A DNA stretch of 64,000 bases. Origin: an uncultured Gammaproteobacteria bacterium (GTDB taxonomy: Bacteria; Patescibacteriota; Patescibacteriia; Patescibacteriales; WJLG01). The position numbers and the translations under genes were made by a program. This document shows, one piece after another, positions 30,037 to 40,347 of this stretch; position 1 is the stretch's first letter, and every line of letters begins with the position of its first letter. The notes beneath the pieces were generated by a model. The model did no database searches and was not told the origin of the DNA. It worked only from the letters and a program-made list of their open reading frames with translations. The stretch lies in contig CAYNAR010000001.1 of the NCBI GenBank assembly GCA_964395625.1, positions 64,019 through 128,018 on the forward strand. Reading direction: 5' to 3'.

Positions 30037-31257
30037 ATGAAAAGATTCGCGTATTTTTTTATCTTCAGTGTGACGATCTCCTCGTCTTTGTTGTCGGGCG
30101 GAGTTTCTGTTTTAGCGGCCGAATACGATTCTTGGCCGGGGCTTTATAGCGGTTGGCAAGATAGTCTGAGCGGTATAGGAGATTCTTCGACGGCTGGTTT
30201 TACTGATTCCTCGGTTATGGCCGGATCATCGAACGATGATTCTTCTATACAGAACTATGGTACGGGCGGCTCTAGTAATCGAAATAATTCCAAAGTAATA
30301 ATAGGCGATGCCGAAACGATTGTTTTTGGTGGGGCGTATCTAAATAATCCGACTGAGGGCAGTGGAGCTATTAATTTTACTGTTGACACTGGTAATTTAA
30401 AAATTGAGAATGCCACGAGTTCATCTTCTGGTGGCTCGTCTTCTGGCGGGTCTTCTGGTGGTTCGTCATCAGGTGGTGGCAGTTCTGGTGGTACTTCATC
30501 TGGTGGAAGTGGCTCTTCTGGTGGTTTGGTGAAAGGTGTACCGATTTTGCCAAATACGGGAAATCCGGATAGTGAAAAGATAACGGAAAATATCGATCAG
30601 ACTATAATAAAAGAAGAGAAGGCTGAAAATGATTTTACTATCAAGGACGATGTGCAAAAAGAAAAAGTCTACGAAAATCTTTATGGTTTGAATAAAGAAG
30701 TGGCGGAATCTATCAGTCGCAAAGAATCTGGTGATGTTTTTGGAAATAAAGAAAGAGTTTCTTTTTCAGGCGGCAATAAGACGGTCTATGATAATTTGAT
30801 AAAAAAATATCCGAAGGCTAGTCAATCGACAAGATTATCAGTCGCTTATTTTATAGAATTCGGTACTCCGACCACCAAGAGATTGGGTTCGGGTGAGCGC
30901 GCCGGAGTCATCAATTCATTTGGCGCGGCCTTCGCCAAAAGCCCCGATAGCGAAGAAGAGTGGCAAGACGTCATCAAGATAGCTAATGGTCGTTGGCCTT
31001 CGGAAAAGTCCGTGACTGCCGAGAACAAGGCTTTGGTGAAATTCAAGAAAGTATATCGCAGGTCTCCAAAGATGACTCAGGCCAATGACAATGCCGCCGT
31101 CACCATAATGGCCTATGGTTTACGCCCGGTTATTAGGAACACGGAAAGCGAGAAAGCCGCCATAAAGTCTTTTAAGTATATTTATGGCAAGAATCCGTCG
31201 ACGGCAGAGGAGTGGGATGTCGTTCGGGCCATTGCTTATTCGGGGGCTAAGAGATAG
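30037..31257 (+). CDS. Secreted protein with Gly/Ser-rich linker
   Basis: Signal peptide; 30418-30525 encodes SSSSGGSSSGGSSGGSSSGGGSSGGTSSGGSGSSGG. Confidence 0.65.
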   Translation: MKRFAYFFIFSVTISSSLLSGGVSVLAAEYDSWPGLYSGWQDSLSGIGDSSTAGFTDSSVMAGSSNDDSSIQNYGTGGSSNRNNSKVIIGDAETIVFGGAYLNNPTEGSGAINFTVDTGNLKIENATSSSSGGSSSGGSSGGSSSGGGSSGGTSSGGSGSSGGLVKGVPILPNTGNPDSEKITENIDQTIIKEEKAENDFTIKDDVQKEKVYENLYGLNKEVAESISRKESGDVFGNKERVSFSGGNKTVYDNLIKKYPKASQSTRLSVAYFIEFGTPTTKRLGSGERAGVINSFGAAFAKSPDSEEEWQDVIKIANGRWPSEKSVTAENKALVKFKKVYRRSPKMTQANDNAAVTIMAYGLRPVIRNTESEKAAIKSFKYIYGKNPSTAEEWDVVRAIAYSGAKR

Positions 31258-31420
31258 GTGTTATCCCTTAATTTATAATACTCGTTTAATATAAGCTTCG
31301 TTTTTAAAATAAAACGGGGCTTTTTTGTTGCCCGTATTGACAGAAGTATAAAAAATGTAATAGTGTGATGAAAAAATCGTACGTTATAAAACACAATACA
31401 ACCCCGTCAAAGGAGATAAA

Positions 31421-32053
31421 ATGGAAACACTTAAACTGATCGATGGTAAAATCTATTGGACAAAAGAAAATATGCTGGAGGATCTGAGAAAAGCCGGCGA
31501 AGATTTGATTAGTGGTGATGGTGAGAAAATCAAAAATTTTAAGTTGGATGTCAATAGCTTAACATTCAAAAAGATAATTTCCGGTGGCGCACCTCTTAGC
31601 ATTATTTCTGGTATTCAGGGGAAAATGGGAGTCTTTATCGTCGAATGGTCTCCTAAAAAAGTAGTACTCTTTTTGCATCAGGAGAATGATGAGTTTGTCG
31701 AACTTTTTTCCCGAGTCTTTGGGCAGGAACACGACAGTCGTGTGTTTAATGACATGATGGGTACTCATGATTTTAAATGGCATAAGGCAATTTCGCCAGA
31801 TGTCGAAAAAAGATTACTTGAGGAGAGAGACTTGGAGATTCCTCGTGAGTTAAAAAGTGAAGAGGGTGTCGAGACTTGTTCGGACGACTCAGGCAGTATC
31901 GTGGTTGAAATTGAGGATGATGGTTTTTCTGATTCCATAATTTCCGACGGCGATGATCTTCAACAGGAGCCATTCGCCAGTTTAGAAGAGTCGGTTCAAG
32001 ATGATGACATGGAGTTGGTTGGAGTTGGCTCTTGGGCTGATGGAGATGAGTGA
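31421..32053 (+). CDS. Hypothetical protein with acidic C-terminus
   Basis: RBS AAGGAG; promoter-like TTGACA about 85 bp upstream. Confidence 0.6.
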   Translation: METLKLIDGKIYWTKENMLEDLRKAGEDLISGDGEKIKNFKLDVNSLTFKKIISGGAPLSIISGIQGKMGVFIVEWSPKKVVLFLHQENDEFVELFSRVFGQEHDSRVFNDMMGTHDFKWHKAISPDVEKRLLEERDLEIPRELKSEEGVETCSDDSGSIVVEIEDDGFSDSIISDGDDLQQEPFASLEESVQDDDMELVGVGSWADGDE

Positions 32054-32177
32054 TTCAAAATAATAAAGAGTTGGGTTATACCAGCTCTTTTTTCTTTGAC
32101 ATTTTTGCATATTTTTGTTAAATTATGATTTGCTTTTAGCACCTTAAAATAGTGAATCTTCAACTAAGGAGGGTTTT

Positions 32178-33431
32178 ATGAGGGTTGTTTTTTCGTCATT
32201 CGCCGTTTTGTTGTTCGTTTCTTGTATGGAGCCTTATAGTTTTCAACCGGATAAAGAGGAATACCCGGAACCTTTAGAGATGAAAGACAGTGTAGATGTT
32301 GTTATTAAAGAGGAATCTCCGATAGCCATCAAAAGCGTCGATACTATAGTTTCGGTAAAAGACACTTCCGCCAGAAATATTGCTATTAAAGAAGAGAATT
32401 TATCCGGTGTTTTCGCCAGAGTTGACCTTGGCAGGTCGGCTAATATTTTTGCCAGTGATTCCCAGTTTTTATTAGCTAAAGCCAAAACAGACAGGTCTTT
32501 GCTGGTGCAATACAGAAAATCAAAAGTCAATTATGTCGAATTCGTTTTTTACGATACGGCGGGTAGGGCCACCAGATTTGTTAGAAAGCAAGATATAAGT
32601 AAAGGTATTTGGGTTGGCGTAGTCATGGTTCCGCCGGGTCTCTACGAAGTCAAGGTGAATCTTTATCATGGACGAAAATTTCCATGGTCGAATTCATGGC
32701 TTTTCGACGAATCTTTCGAGTCGTATGATAGCGTCGATTTGCGTGTTAAAAAAACCGACACCGTGAATTGCGTATTTCGCGAACTGGAATGCATGGATTA
32801 TTTCGTTAAGATGAAGAATGCTCCCGGCAAGTACACGATTGGTAAAAAATACCAAGTAGTGGAGACTACAAGGATGTATTCCAGAGAAAAGGCTTTGTTC
32901 GACAGCAGTGGTGATTTTTGTTATGCCTTGCATTGCACGAATACAAATAAAACGACGGGGACGATGACCGTTTCGTCTGATACCGGGATTAGCTCCTTTT
33001 CGTTTTATTACGATTTAAATACTGTAATGGATGACGATATCGTAGAGGTGAATGGGAGGTATGTCTTGCCATCTTCTAGCGTCTGGGACCATGAATCCCA
33101 GCTTATGGCTACAGGTGTCGTTGTTTATTCCAGTAATCGAGGCTTGTCTGTGAAGTATAATAGAAACACTTTCGTTTATCCGAAACATGAATCTTTTGTT
33201 TTACAGATAATCGGACCATTGCCAAGCGAGATGGATGTTGCCGGAAGTGGAAGTTGGACTTACAACGTTGGGACAATAGATTGGAGTAAAACGATTAACC
33301 TTCCCTTGACTGACGGATCTTATATCATTAAGACTTCCGGGGCGATAGATGAGTATTATAAGAATCTTGCCGATGACGCTTCGTTGCACATTGCTACCGA
33401 ATTCGTTGATACTATCACTATTATAAATTGA
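32178..33431 (+). CDS. Putative lipoprotein, unknown function
   Basis: RBS AAGGAGGG; VLLFVSCMEP lipobox-like. Confidence 0.65.
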   Translation: MRVVFSSFAVLLFVSCMEPYSFQPDKEEYPEPLEMKDSVDVVIKEESPIAIKSVDTIVSVKDTSARNIAIKEENLSGVFARVDLGRSANIFASDSQFLLAKAKTDRSLLVQYRKSKVNYVEFVFYDTAGRATRFVRKQDISKGIWVGVVMVPPGLYEVKVNLYHGRKFPWSNSWLFDESFESYDSVDLRVKKTDTVNCVFRELECMDYFVKMKNAPGKYTIGKKYQVVETTRMYSREKALFDSSGDFCYALHCTNTNKTTGTMTVSSDTGISSFSFYYDLNTVMDDDIVEVNGRYVLPSSSVWDHESQLMATGVVVYSSNRGLSVKYNRNTFVYPKHESFVLQIIGPLPSEMDVAGSGSWTYNVGTIDWSKTINLPLTDGSYIIKTSGAIDEYYKNLADDASLHIATEFVDTITIIN

Positions 33432-33512
33432 TCTTTTTTCTAAGGAGTTCCGCAAAAACGGGACTCCTTTTTTAAAATAAAAAAGAGGTGCTTTAAAAAA
33501 GCACCTCTCTGT

Positions 33513-34586
33513 TCATGGTATCGTTATTTTTCCGTCGATTGCCGTGTCGATGTCTATTTCTATGACATCTATGCATGGCAGTGAATCGTTATAGCTGTTT
33601 GGCTCTATAAGATAGAATAATCCGCCAGCATGCGTTCCTGAAAAATTAGTCAGGACTTTTTCACTGGAGGCGTATATCGGTATATTAAGTTGACGCGATA
33701 AGGCTTCGGCGAAGTTGTTGTTCCTATTTTCTTCATTTTCCATAGCTGTTTCACAAGACAGCATGTAGGACGAACAATTTCTGGAGAACTTTTCGCTAAT
33801 CCTTTTCTGAAATTCACTTGGCCAATAAAAGATATCGCAAACATGATATGATTCTGATTCTCTATTTGGCACGGAAATGGCTTTTTTGTTGCCATGAAAA
33901 GAGAAGATCAGTATTTCAATCGGTTCTTCACAGGATAAATCATTAAGGCAGGAATCTAGTCCCTCTTTCGTTTTTGGCATGTAAAAGAAGATTTCATGCG
34001 TTTGCGGGGCAATCTTCTCTCTGTTGAAGACGACAGGGGACCATCTTTCTTCGAGGATGATATTTGGGTCGTTCAATATAGGACGCCCTTCGCTGATTAT
34101 CAGGGCAGAGGAGTCAAGCATCCTCATGCCGACGTCTCGACCAACAAGGATTAATACTTTTTTCCCTTCCGGATTTCCTATTCTGATGAAATCATAATTA
34201 GGATTTTCCAAGCTATCTTCTATTACCACTTTAACGGTGGTAACTTCGAAGATATTCGAGTTCGAGCGTGAGAAATAGAAGGACAATTCCGAATTATTGA
34301 AGACGTAAAGCTTGTCCTTGACCAATATCTTTTCGGCATTTACCTCGTTTTTATTAGCTACGTAAACTCGAGGTTGGCCTTCTTTGATATTTGTCAGGGA
34401 GATTATTCGTCCGCTGCAATTTTTGCTCCTCTCTATTATTATTTCCTGGTTATCGTCTTTCGCGGAGTCTTCTGTTTTTTCAGTAATCAGAGTGTCGTTT
34501 TTACCGCCCTCTTCGTTCTCATAAAAAGGCGAAGCGCAGAAATTGATAAAAACGAAGGTTGCCATTAGGAAGAAAATTCTAGCCAT
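33513..34586 (-). CDS. Secreted CHAT/caspase-like cysteine protease domain protein
   Basis: Start ATG 34586 (MARIFFLMATFVFINFCAS); FSFHGNK ... YMLSCETA ... FAEALSRQLNIPIYASSEKV fits the CHAT His/Cys dyad layout. Confidence 0.45.
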   Translation of the reverse strand: MARIFFLMATFVFINFCASPFYENEEGGKNDTLITEKTEDSAKDDNQEIIIERSKNCSGRIISLTNIKEGQPRVYVANKNEVNAEKILVKDKLYVFNNSELSFYFSRSNSNIFEVTTVKVVIEDSLENPNYDFIRIGNPEGKKVLILVGRDVGMRMLDSSALIISEGRPILNDPNIILEERWSPVVFNREKIAPQTHEIFFYMPKTKEGLDSCLNDLSCEEPIEILIFSFHGNKKAISVPNRESESYHVCDIFYWPSEFQKRISEKFSRNCSSYMLSCETAMENEENRNNNFAEALSRQLNIPIYASSEKVLTNFSGTHAGGLFYLIEPNSYNDSLPCIDVIEIDIDTAIDGKITIP

Positions 34587-35727
34587 TGGAAATCTCTTTT
34601 CTATTTTTTGTTTTTCTGTAGAGTAATTTGAGGATTTCTGAAAAGCAATCATTTCTTAACTGCTCAACCTCATCTTTAGAGAAAGTTGTGTTGAAATTTT
34701 TTTCCAAAGAGGAAATGAAATTAATGGTCGCTATGCCGTTGATGAAATTTCTTTCAATTGAGTCCAAGAAAAGACTGTCACTTCTTTTTCTGTTGGAATT
34801 CTGCCAAATAAGAAATCTTATCCTTGCTTCATTATTCATTCCTTCCCAGTTTTCCGGTTTCCTTTGTTTTTTCATTTTCGCCGTTATTAATATATTAATT
34901 ATGGCGAAGATGAAGCTCGTGATTAGCACTATTTCTAGGAACAAAAAGCCTTGCCAGGCTCCGAAAGCCTTACCTAGAGTTATCGCTGGAAAGGCTACGG
35001 AAAAGATATAGATCATTGGCATTTTGAAGCTAGCCAGTATACCGACGAGCGAAAGTATTAAAAAAAGCATTATTATCAGTATGCCCATATTATTCCTTAC
35101 CGAGATGTCGGCAGGTATCGTCAATGCACTCATGACAATTATTAATATTGGGTATATCGCCATGATAATAATATCGTTTACCATCCTTTTTTTAATCATG
35201 AAGGCTGTTGCGGTAAACCAATGCAGACATCTTCTTCCATGAAAGAGGAATGAAGCCGAAAGAATGGCTATCAAGGAAATAATAATTCCCTTCCAAATTT
35301 TTCCATAGTGGTTAACGATTGTGCTTTCTTTGAAGATTTTTCTCCATCCGTAGCCTTCATCGAAGTACACCGAATATTTTCTCATTGAAACGCTGTCTCC
35401 AGCTGAAAATAGCGTCCCTATGAAGCGGGAGTCGAGGATGGAGTCTTTGATTGATATAGTGTCTTTTTTGAAGAATGCATCTAATAATTTCTTTTTACCA
35501 ATCCCTTTGGGGTGATTTCCTGATAGACCAAAGACTTTTTTGGTGTTATGGATTCGTCCGTCAGCAATGAAGCTGGAGTCATAATTCTTGGAACAAATGG
35601 CGAAACCGTTTTCCCAGGGGATTATTTCACAACTGGAATAGGTCGTATCTTCCGGCGCTATCTCGCAGAAGCAAGAAAAGGCACAAGAAACAGTAAGTAG
35701 AACGATAAAAGTAGAACGGAATAGCAT
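34579..35727 (-). CDS. Polytopic membrane protein (extracytoplasmic N-domain, about 5 TM, cytoplasmic tail)
   Basis: Signal/TM MLFRSTFIVLLTVSCAFSC; overlaps downstream CHAT-like gene by 8 nt. Confidence 0.6.
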   Translation of the reverse strand: MLFRSTFIVLLTVSCAFSCFCEIAPEDTTYSSCEIIPWENGFAICSKNYDSSFIADGRIHNTKKVFGLSGNHPKGIGKKKLLDAFFKKDTISIKDSILDSRFIGTLFSAGDSVSMRKYSVYFDEGYGWRKIFKESTIVNHYGKIWKGIIISLIAILSASFLFHGRRCLHWFTATAFMIKKRMVNDIIIMAIYPILIIVMSALTIPADISVRNNMGILIIMLFLILSLVGILASFKMPMIYIFSVAFPAITLGKAFGAWQGFLFLEIVLITSFIFAIINILITAKMKKQRKPENWEGMNNEARIRFLIWQNSNRKRSDSLFLDSIERNFINGIATINFISSLEKNFNTTFSKDEVEQLRNDCFSEILKLLYRKTKNRKEISNG

Positions 35728-35867
35728 GTAAGCCTCCTTATTGTTGGTGTTTTTTTGTCAAAGAACTATTATGATATTTAATCATAAAAGTATAAAAAAG
35801 TCAACAGAGGGGGTTGTTTATTATTTATTTAATATTGGCTAAATAAATCTTGTAAAAGGACTTGCTA

Positions 35868-35896
35868 TTGACATATTTTATTTTTTGTGATATAGT
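35868..35896 (+). promoter_or_regulatory. Promoter TTGACA-17-TGaTATAGT
   Basis: Consensus -35, 17-bp spacer, extended -10; no ORF downstream. Confidence 0.6.
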
Positions 35897-35902
35897 ATAG
35901 AC

Positions 35903-35978
35903 ATAGAACACAAAGTTCTAAACAACAAAACCCTTGAGACAGTTCTCGAAAGCAAAGAGAAAAATCTCAAGGGTTTTT
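35903..35978 (+). ncRNA. Candidate orphan small RNA (about 76 nt)
   Basis: Hairpin AGAAC-ACAA-GTTCT, then 10-bp stem ACCCTTGAGA/TCTCAAGGGT plus T5 terminator. Confidence 0.45.
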
Positions 35979-36057
35979 CATAAATACGCCGTCTCGCACC
36001 ACTTTTTGGGAATTTTATGATATAATTTAAAAAGAATTCAAATTAACTCACAAAATT

Positions 36058-36384
36058 ATGTACAAAGAACCAGGATTCGATATGCCGGTCATGGAGAATG
36101 AGACCGGTGAAGAAAAAGAAAAGATGGAGGATTTTCAGATAAGCGGAGTGTTTATGATAGATTACGCCGCTTTCATGCATCATTGCTATGGTGACGTTGG
36201 TGATATAGAGATTCCGGAGGGCGAAATGCAGGACATCCTGTTGGATTTAGTAGATAAGAAAAGAGGTTGGGAGGCAGAAGCTGCTAATCTTAATCCTGAA
36301 AATGACGAGGAAGAGGTTAATGAATTGTTGAAGAAAGTCGATATTGCCAGAAAGATGATTGAGCACTATTCCGAAGAGCAGTAA
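36058..36384 (+). CDS. Small acidic hypothetical protein
   Basis: 108-aa ORF; terminator-like hairpin at about 36410-36440. Confidence 0.5.
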   Translation: MYKEPGFDMPVMENETGEEKEKMEDFQISGVFMIDYAAFMHHCYGDVGDIEIPEGEMQDILLDLVDKKRGWEAEAANLNPENDEEEVNELLKKVDIARKMIEHYSEEQ

Positions 36385-36490
36385 TTGTTTCGCGATAAAT
36401 ATATTTAAAACAGGCCCGCTCGGGTCTGTTTTTTTTGTAATAAAAAAGCCGGTATTTTTTACCGGCCATACTTATTCCCTCTTTTTTGTT

Positions 36491-37150
36491 TTAAGCGCTT
36501 CGCAATTCGCAGGACGGAGCGACGAGATTCTTCTCTCTCGGATCGAATCCGGTGTATGAACCAGAAGCAGAAAGCATTTCTATTTTTCCCTTCTCATTTC
36601 TTCTTAAGAAAGGATGAGCTGTTTTATTGACGTAGGAGCCGGTTGCGAATATTTGGTATTTGCCGAAATAGGGGAATTGAATGAGTAAGCTGACTATTTC
36701 GACGTCCGTCAGACCGAATCTTTTGCGGCTCTGTTTGGCCTTTAGCTCGTCGACACTTTGTCTCTTTTCTATTTCTTCGATTTCAAGACCCAAGAGACAA
36801 TATGGCTTATTCGGGCAGGTTGCAATGTCGGATGTTTCCAATGGGTTGATGTTTTTAGCCAGTGTGCCAAGTGACGACACTTGGTCGTAGATGCTTTTGA
36901 AATTTTTCGGCACGACAAGAAGAAAATTAAATGGCAGATTATCGGTCTTTTTTACCGTATTGACAAACACTTGGTTCACGAACTTGGTTTCGTTTGCGTC
37001 GAAGAAAGAAAGGATTCCCTCCTGATATCCGGCTTGGCGGAGGTTTTCCACCTGTCTTCTTATCTCTTCTCTTATCTCGTCTTTCTCCAATCTATTCTCT
37101 TTTATTTGTTCGCTGGTGATTTCAGTGTGTTTTAAAGGCGTGATCATCAT
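36491..37150 (-). CDS. Hypothetical protein
   Basis: RBS AAGGAG before ATG 37150 (track start 37186 is less likely). Confidence 0.55.
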   Translation of the reverse strand: MMITPLKHTEITSEQIKENRLEKDEIREEIRRQVENLRQAGYQEGILSFFDANETKFVNQVFVNTVKKTDNLPFNFLLVVPKNFKSIYDQVSSLGTLAKNINPLETSDIATCPNKPYCLLGLEIEEIEKRQSVDELKAKQSRKRFGLTDVEIVSLLIQFPYFGKYQIFATGSYVNKTAHPFLRRNEKGKIEMLSASGSYTGFDPREKNLVAPSCELRSA

Positions 37151-37318
37151 CGGTAACTCCTTTTTTAAATAAATATTTGTTTTCAAAGAACGTTTTAATT
37201 TAACAAGAAAAAAGATTTTTGTAAAGCCTTGGGGTCGTATAAAAATTATTCCGGTTAGCGTTATATTAAAAACCCGACAAGCATGTACTTATCGGGTTAA
37301 TAATGACTTCCAATCAAA

Positions 37319-37780
37319 TTAGAAATAAATAATACCACTTCTTCTTATCACGGAATATTTCGCGCAAGAAAAAGAAAGGTCATTCGCCAGGTTGGCATCT
37401 TCCCAGAAAAACGAACCGGCGATTTCGAAATTTTCATCATCGAGTCTGTGCACCATTTTGATTAGCGCATTAACGCAAACGGTTCGATGGAACAATTCTG
37501 AATTTTGGAAGAAGGGGACGTTCTGTATTTCGAATGAGACTCTTCGCTTCCTGTCCTTAATTGAATCAAATAGAGATACAGACAAGTCGAACAGTGACGG
37601 ACCTTTTCCTTGGGTTAGGTGAAATTTGTGTTCGTGGAAGTTGATGCCTGGGTAATAGTAGAGATTTGAGTCGGTGCATTTGTCGACATAGTCCCTCCAA
37701 TTTTTTATTCCCCCCAAATTCTTTTCAAACAACCCTTTGATGAGATCGTCGGTGATGAAATTTTTTTCTTGGCAAGCCAT
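37319..37780 (-). CDS. Hypothetical protein
   Basis: RBS AAGGAGAG; minus-strand promoter TTGACA-17-TGtTATACA about 110 nt upstream. Confidence 0.55.
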   Translation of the reverse strand: MACQEKNFITDDLIKGLFEKNLGGIKNWRDYVDKCTDSNLYYYPGINFHEHKFHLTQGKGPSLFDLSVSLFDSIKDRKRRVSFEIQNVPFFQNSELFHRTVCVNALIKMVHRLDDENFEIAGSFFWEDANLANDLSFSCAKYSVIRRSGIIYF

Positions 37781-38340
37781 ACAGCTCTCCTTTTTTAAAA
37801 AGAACGGCCTCTGTTTTTGGCAAGAGGATTAAGCCCTTATCTGTCTTTTGGACAAACGACCTTGCTCATACAAGCAAAGAATTGTTTTAATTGTATAACA
37901 TTTTTTTAAAGTAATGTCAATTTTAAAAATAATATAAAAAAGTGGATAGTAGGAGACATGCGGAACTTTTGTAAAAATACATGAATTTTTCTAAGTTTTA
38001 AGACGTGCAACTGTTTAAAGGGTGTTTTTAAAATGGTTTTTTTGTTTTTTATATAAAAAAGGATTGAATTATCTTCGATCCTGATATGAAAAATGGTTTA
38101 TCTGGGAATGCTTTTGACTTTTAAATCCAGATTATCTATTTTTCTTCGATTTTCGCTGAAATTGAAAGAATGCCCGCGACCATGGGTCCGGGTTTTTTGA
38201 TATAAAAAGGCTGTTTTCCGATTGTTTGAAGCTTTAAAATGGGGTATTTTTCTTTTTTCTTGGAAAAATTTGACGTCTTTAAAATATGCTGTTATATTAG
38301 TTAGTTATATTTAATATTTTTTAAAAAGCATAATACTTTT

Positions 38341-39288
38341 ATGAACGATTCAGAATTATACCTTTCCGTGGCCGTCCCGGTCTATAATGAAGAAGGGGCG
38401 ATAGCCGACTTGCACGCCAAGATCTTGGCCGCCTGCCAGAAGATAAATAAACCCTTCGAAATCATTTTCGTCAACGACGGATCCAAAGACAAGACTTTGG
38501 AGATTTTGAAGACCCTTAAGCCGGTCAAGGTCGTAAACTTCCGCAAGAATTTCGGCCAGACCGCCGCTATGGATGCCGGTATAAAGGCCGCTAAGGGTTT
38601 CTACGTCGCCACTTTGGACGGCGATGGTCAGAACGACCCGGCCGACATCGAGCGCTTGATCGCTAAATTGGAGGCCGAGGATTTGGATGTGGTTTCCGGA
38701 TGGCGTAAGAACCGTAAAGATAAATTCTTCAAGAAATTCTTTTCGCGCTGCGCCGCTTTTGTTAGAAAAATACTCATCAATGACGGTATTCATGACAGCG
38801 GTTGCTCTCTTAAAGTATATAAAAGGGAATGCTTTAAGCATATCGACCTTTTCGGCGAGATGCATCGTTTCATTCCGGCGCTCTTAAAGGTCAAAGGTTT
38901 TAGAATAGGCGAATTGGAAGTTGCTCATCATCCGCGCACCACGGGAAAGACGAAGTATAATTTCAAGAGGGGATTCAAGGGTATCCTGGATATGTGCTCG
39001 ATCTGGTTCTGGAAGAAGTATAACAGCCGTCCTTTGCACTTCTTCGGGGCCATCGGCTTGGGCTTGGTCTCCTTATCGATTCTCTCCGCCATAATCGCCG
39101 CCTTCAAGAAGATTTTCCAACACCAAGATTTGTCCGACACCTCTTTGACCGTGCTTTCGATGTTCGGCTTCATGATCGGCATCCAGTTCTTCGTCTTCGG
39201 CCTTCTTGCCGACATCCTCTCCAAGACCTACTTCAACGTCACACGCGACAAGGTCTATGATATAAAAGAAACGATAGAGAACAAATAG
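38341..39288 (+). CDS. GT2 polyprenyl-phosphate glycosyltransferase (DPM1/ArnC-like) with C-terminal TMs
   Basis: LSVAVPVYNEE; IIFVNDGSKDKT; LDGDGQNDPADI; two C-terminal TM helices. Confidence 0.78.
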   Translation: MNDSELYLSVAVPVYNEEGAIADLHAKILAACQKINKPFEIIFVNDGSKDKTLEILKTLKPVKVVNFRKNFGQTAAMDAGIKAAKGFYVATLDGDGQNDPADIERLIAKLEAEDLDVVSGWRKNRKDKFFKKFFSRCAAFVRKILINDGIHDSGCSLKVYKRECFKHIDLFGEMHRFIPALLKVKGFRIGELEVAHHPRTTGKTKYNFKRGFKGILDMCSIWFWKKYNSRPLHFFGAIGLGLVSLSILSAIIAAFKKIFQHQDLSDTSLTVLSMFGFMIGIQFFVFGLLADILSKTYFNVTRDKVYDIKETIENK

Positions 39289-39358
39289 CGCAAAGATAGA
39301 ACAGGGTCTTTGTGACAGTATAGAAAACCATTGAACTTTTTCAACACAGGAGGTCGTT

Positions 39359-39988
39359 ATGCTCACTGATTATGCTCTTGCCATTTTTTCATGTAAAAGG
39401 GAGATGATTCGTGCGATTGGACATCTCGAGCGCGCTGGTTTCAAAGAATTATTTCTTGATGGCTCAGGTCTTTACGACAGAGAATGTCTGCGTCGTAAAG
39501 ATTTTGAGGCAGAGAAGGGGAACGATTTTGATTTTGCTATTTGGGGAATAGGGTCATCCTTTCCTCAAATGGAAATACTCAACCATCGCTTTAAGATGAT
39601 GGATGTTATAGAGATGCTTAAGAAGGTCGAAAGCAAAGTTGAAATTGAGAGAGGCTTCGATCTGATGAGTGTTCCAGGCCTTGCAGAAATAGATTTTAAG
39701 GCGTGGATCGGTGATCGTATAATAAGCCAGCAGTACAAGCACGAAGACGAAGTGATAACCGGAATAGAAATGAGTCCCGATGGTCAGATTGGTTATACAT
39801 ATTCGTACTGGATATTTGAAGATTGCGATTCTCACATGGATTGCGAAGGCCATTGGCGTGATTATTATGGTAATTATATAAAGGATTTCGCATTCCTTGC
39901 CAATAGCCCCAGACCCAGAAAGACTCCTAAGACTATGGATATAAAAAGAGATGCATCAGGAAAGATAGTCTCTTTTCTTATCAGCTAA
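39359..39988 (+). CDS. Hypothetical protein
   Basis: RBS AGGAGG; terminator hairpin fused to an R1 right-end fragment. Confidence 0.55.
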   Translation: MLTDYALAIFSCKREMIRAIGHLERAGFKELFLDGSGLYDRECLRRKDFEAEKGNDFDFAIWGIGSSFPQMEILNHRFKMMDVIEMLKKVESKVEIERGFDLMSVPGLAEIDFKAWIGDRIISQQYKHEDEVITGIEMSPDGQIGYTYSYWIFEDCDSHMDCEGHWRDYYGNYIKDFAFLANSPRPRKTPKTMDIKRDASGKIVSFLIS

Positions 39989-40036
39989 CTAGGTATGAAC
40001 AAAAGGGCGTTTTAAAACGTCCTTTTTTATTTTTTT

Positions 40037-40067
40037 AAAGTCTTAATTCCAGACCTGCCCCCAAAAT
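40037..40067 (+). repeat. R1 repeat, right-end fragment (copy 0)
   Basis: AAAGTCTTAATTCCAGACCTGCCCCCAAAAT matches the right terminus of the full copy 47847-47877. Confidence 0.8.
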
Positions 40068-40104
40068 AAAAAAAGGGCCGAAATATTTTCGGCCCATAGG
40101 GAAT

Positions 40105-40347
40105 TTAATGATCTGCCGGCAAGTAGACGCATTTTATGTTGATTTCACTCATCATGCTCTGAATTTCTTCAGACAAACTGTCGATGACAGGTTGGTTGCC
40201 GGCGTTGTTTTTTATCTCTACCATCATAGCCTGTATTTTGGACATTTTTTTTATGTCCGAAGCATGTTTTTGAGCAGTAAAGACAACTATCGCTATGCCA
40301 ACGATTACGAAAATAACGCCGATGCCTATAAGCAGTTTTTTCTTCAT
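40105..40347 (-). CDS. Small single-TM protein
   Basis: RBS GGAGG 5 nt before ATG 40347; MKKKLLIGIGVIFVIVGIAIVVF. Confidence 0.55.
   Translation of the reverse strand: MKKKLLIGIGVIFVIVGIAIVVFTAQKHASDIKKMSKIQAMMVEIKNNAGNQPVIDSLSEEIQSMMSEINIKCVYLPADH

Noticed and set aside
30418-30525. Tandem DNA repeat in 30037-31257
   Set aside because: It is a codon-level Gly/Ser low-complexity linker (TCT/GGT/GGC reiteration) within a secreted protein, not an independent repeat element.
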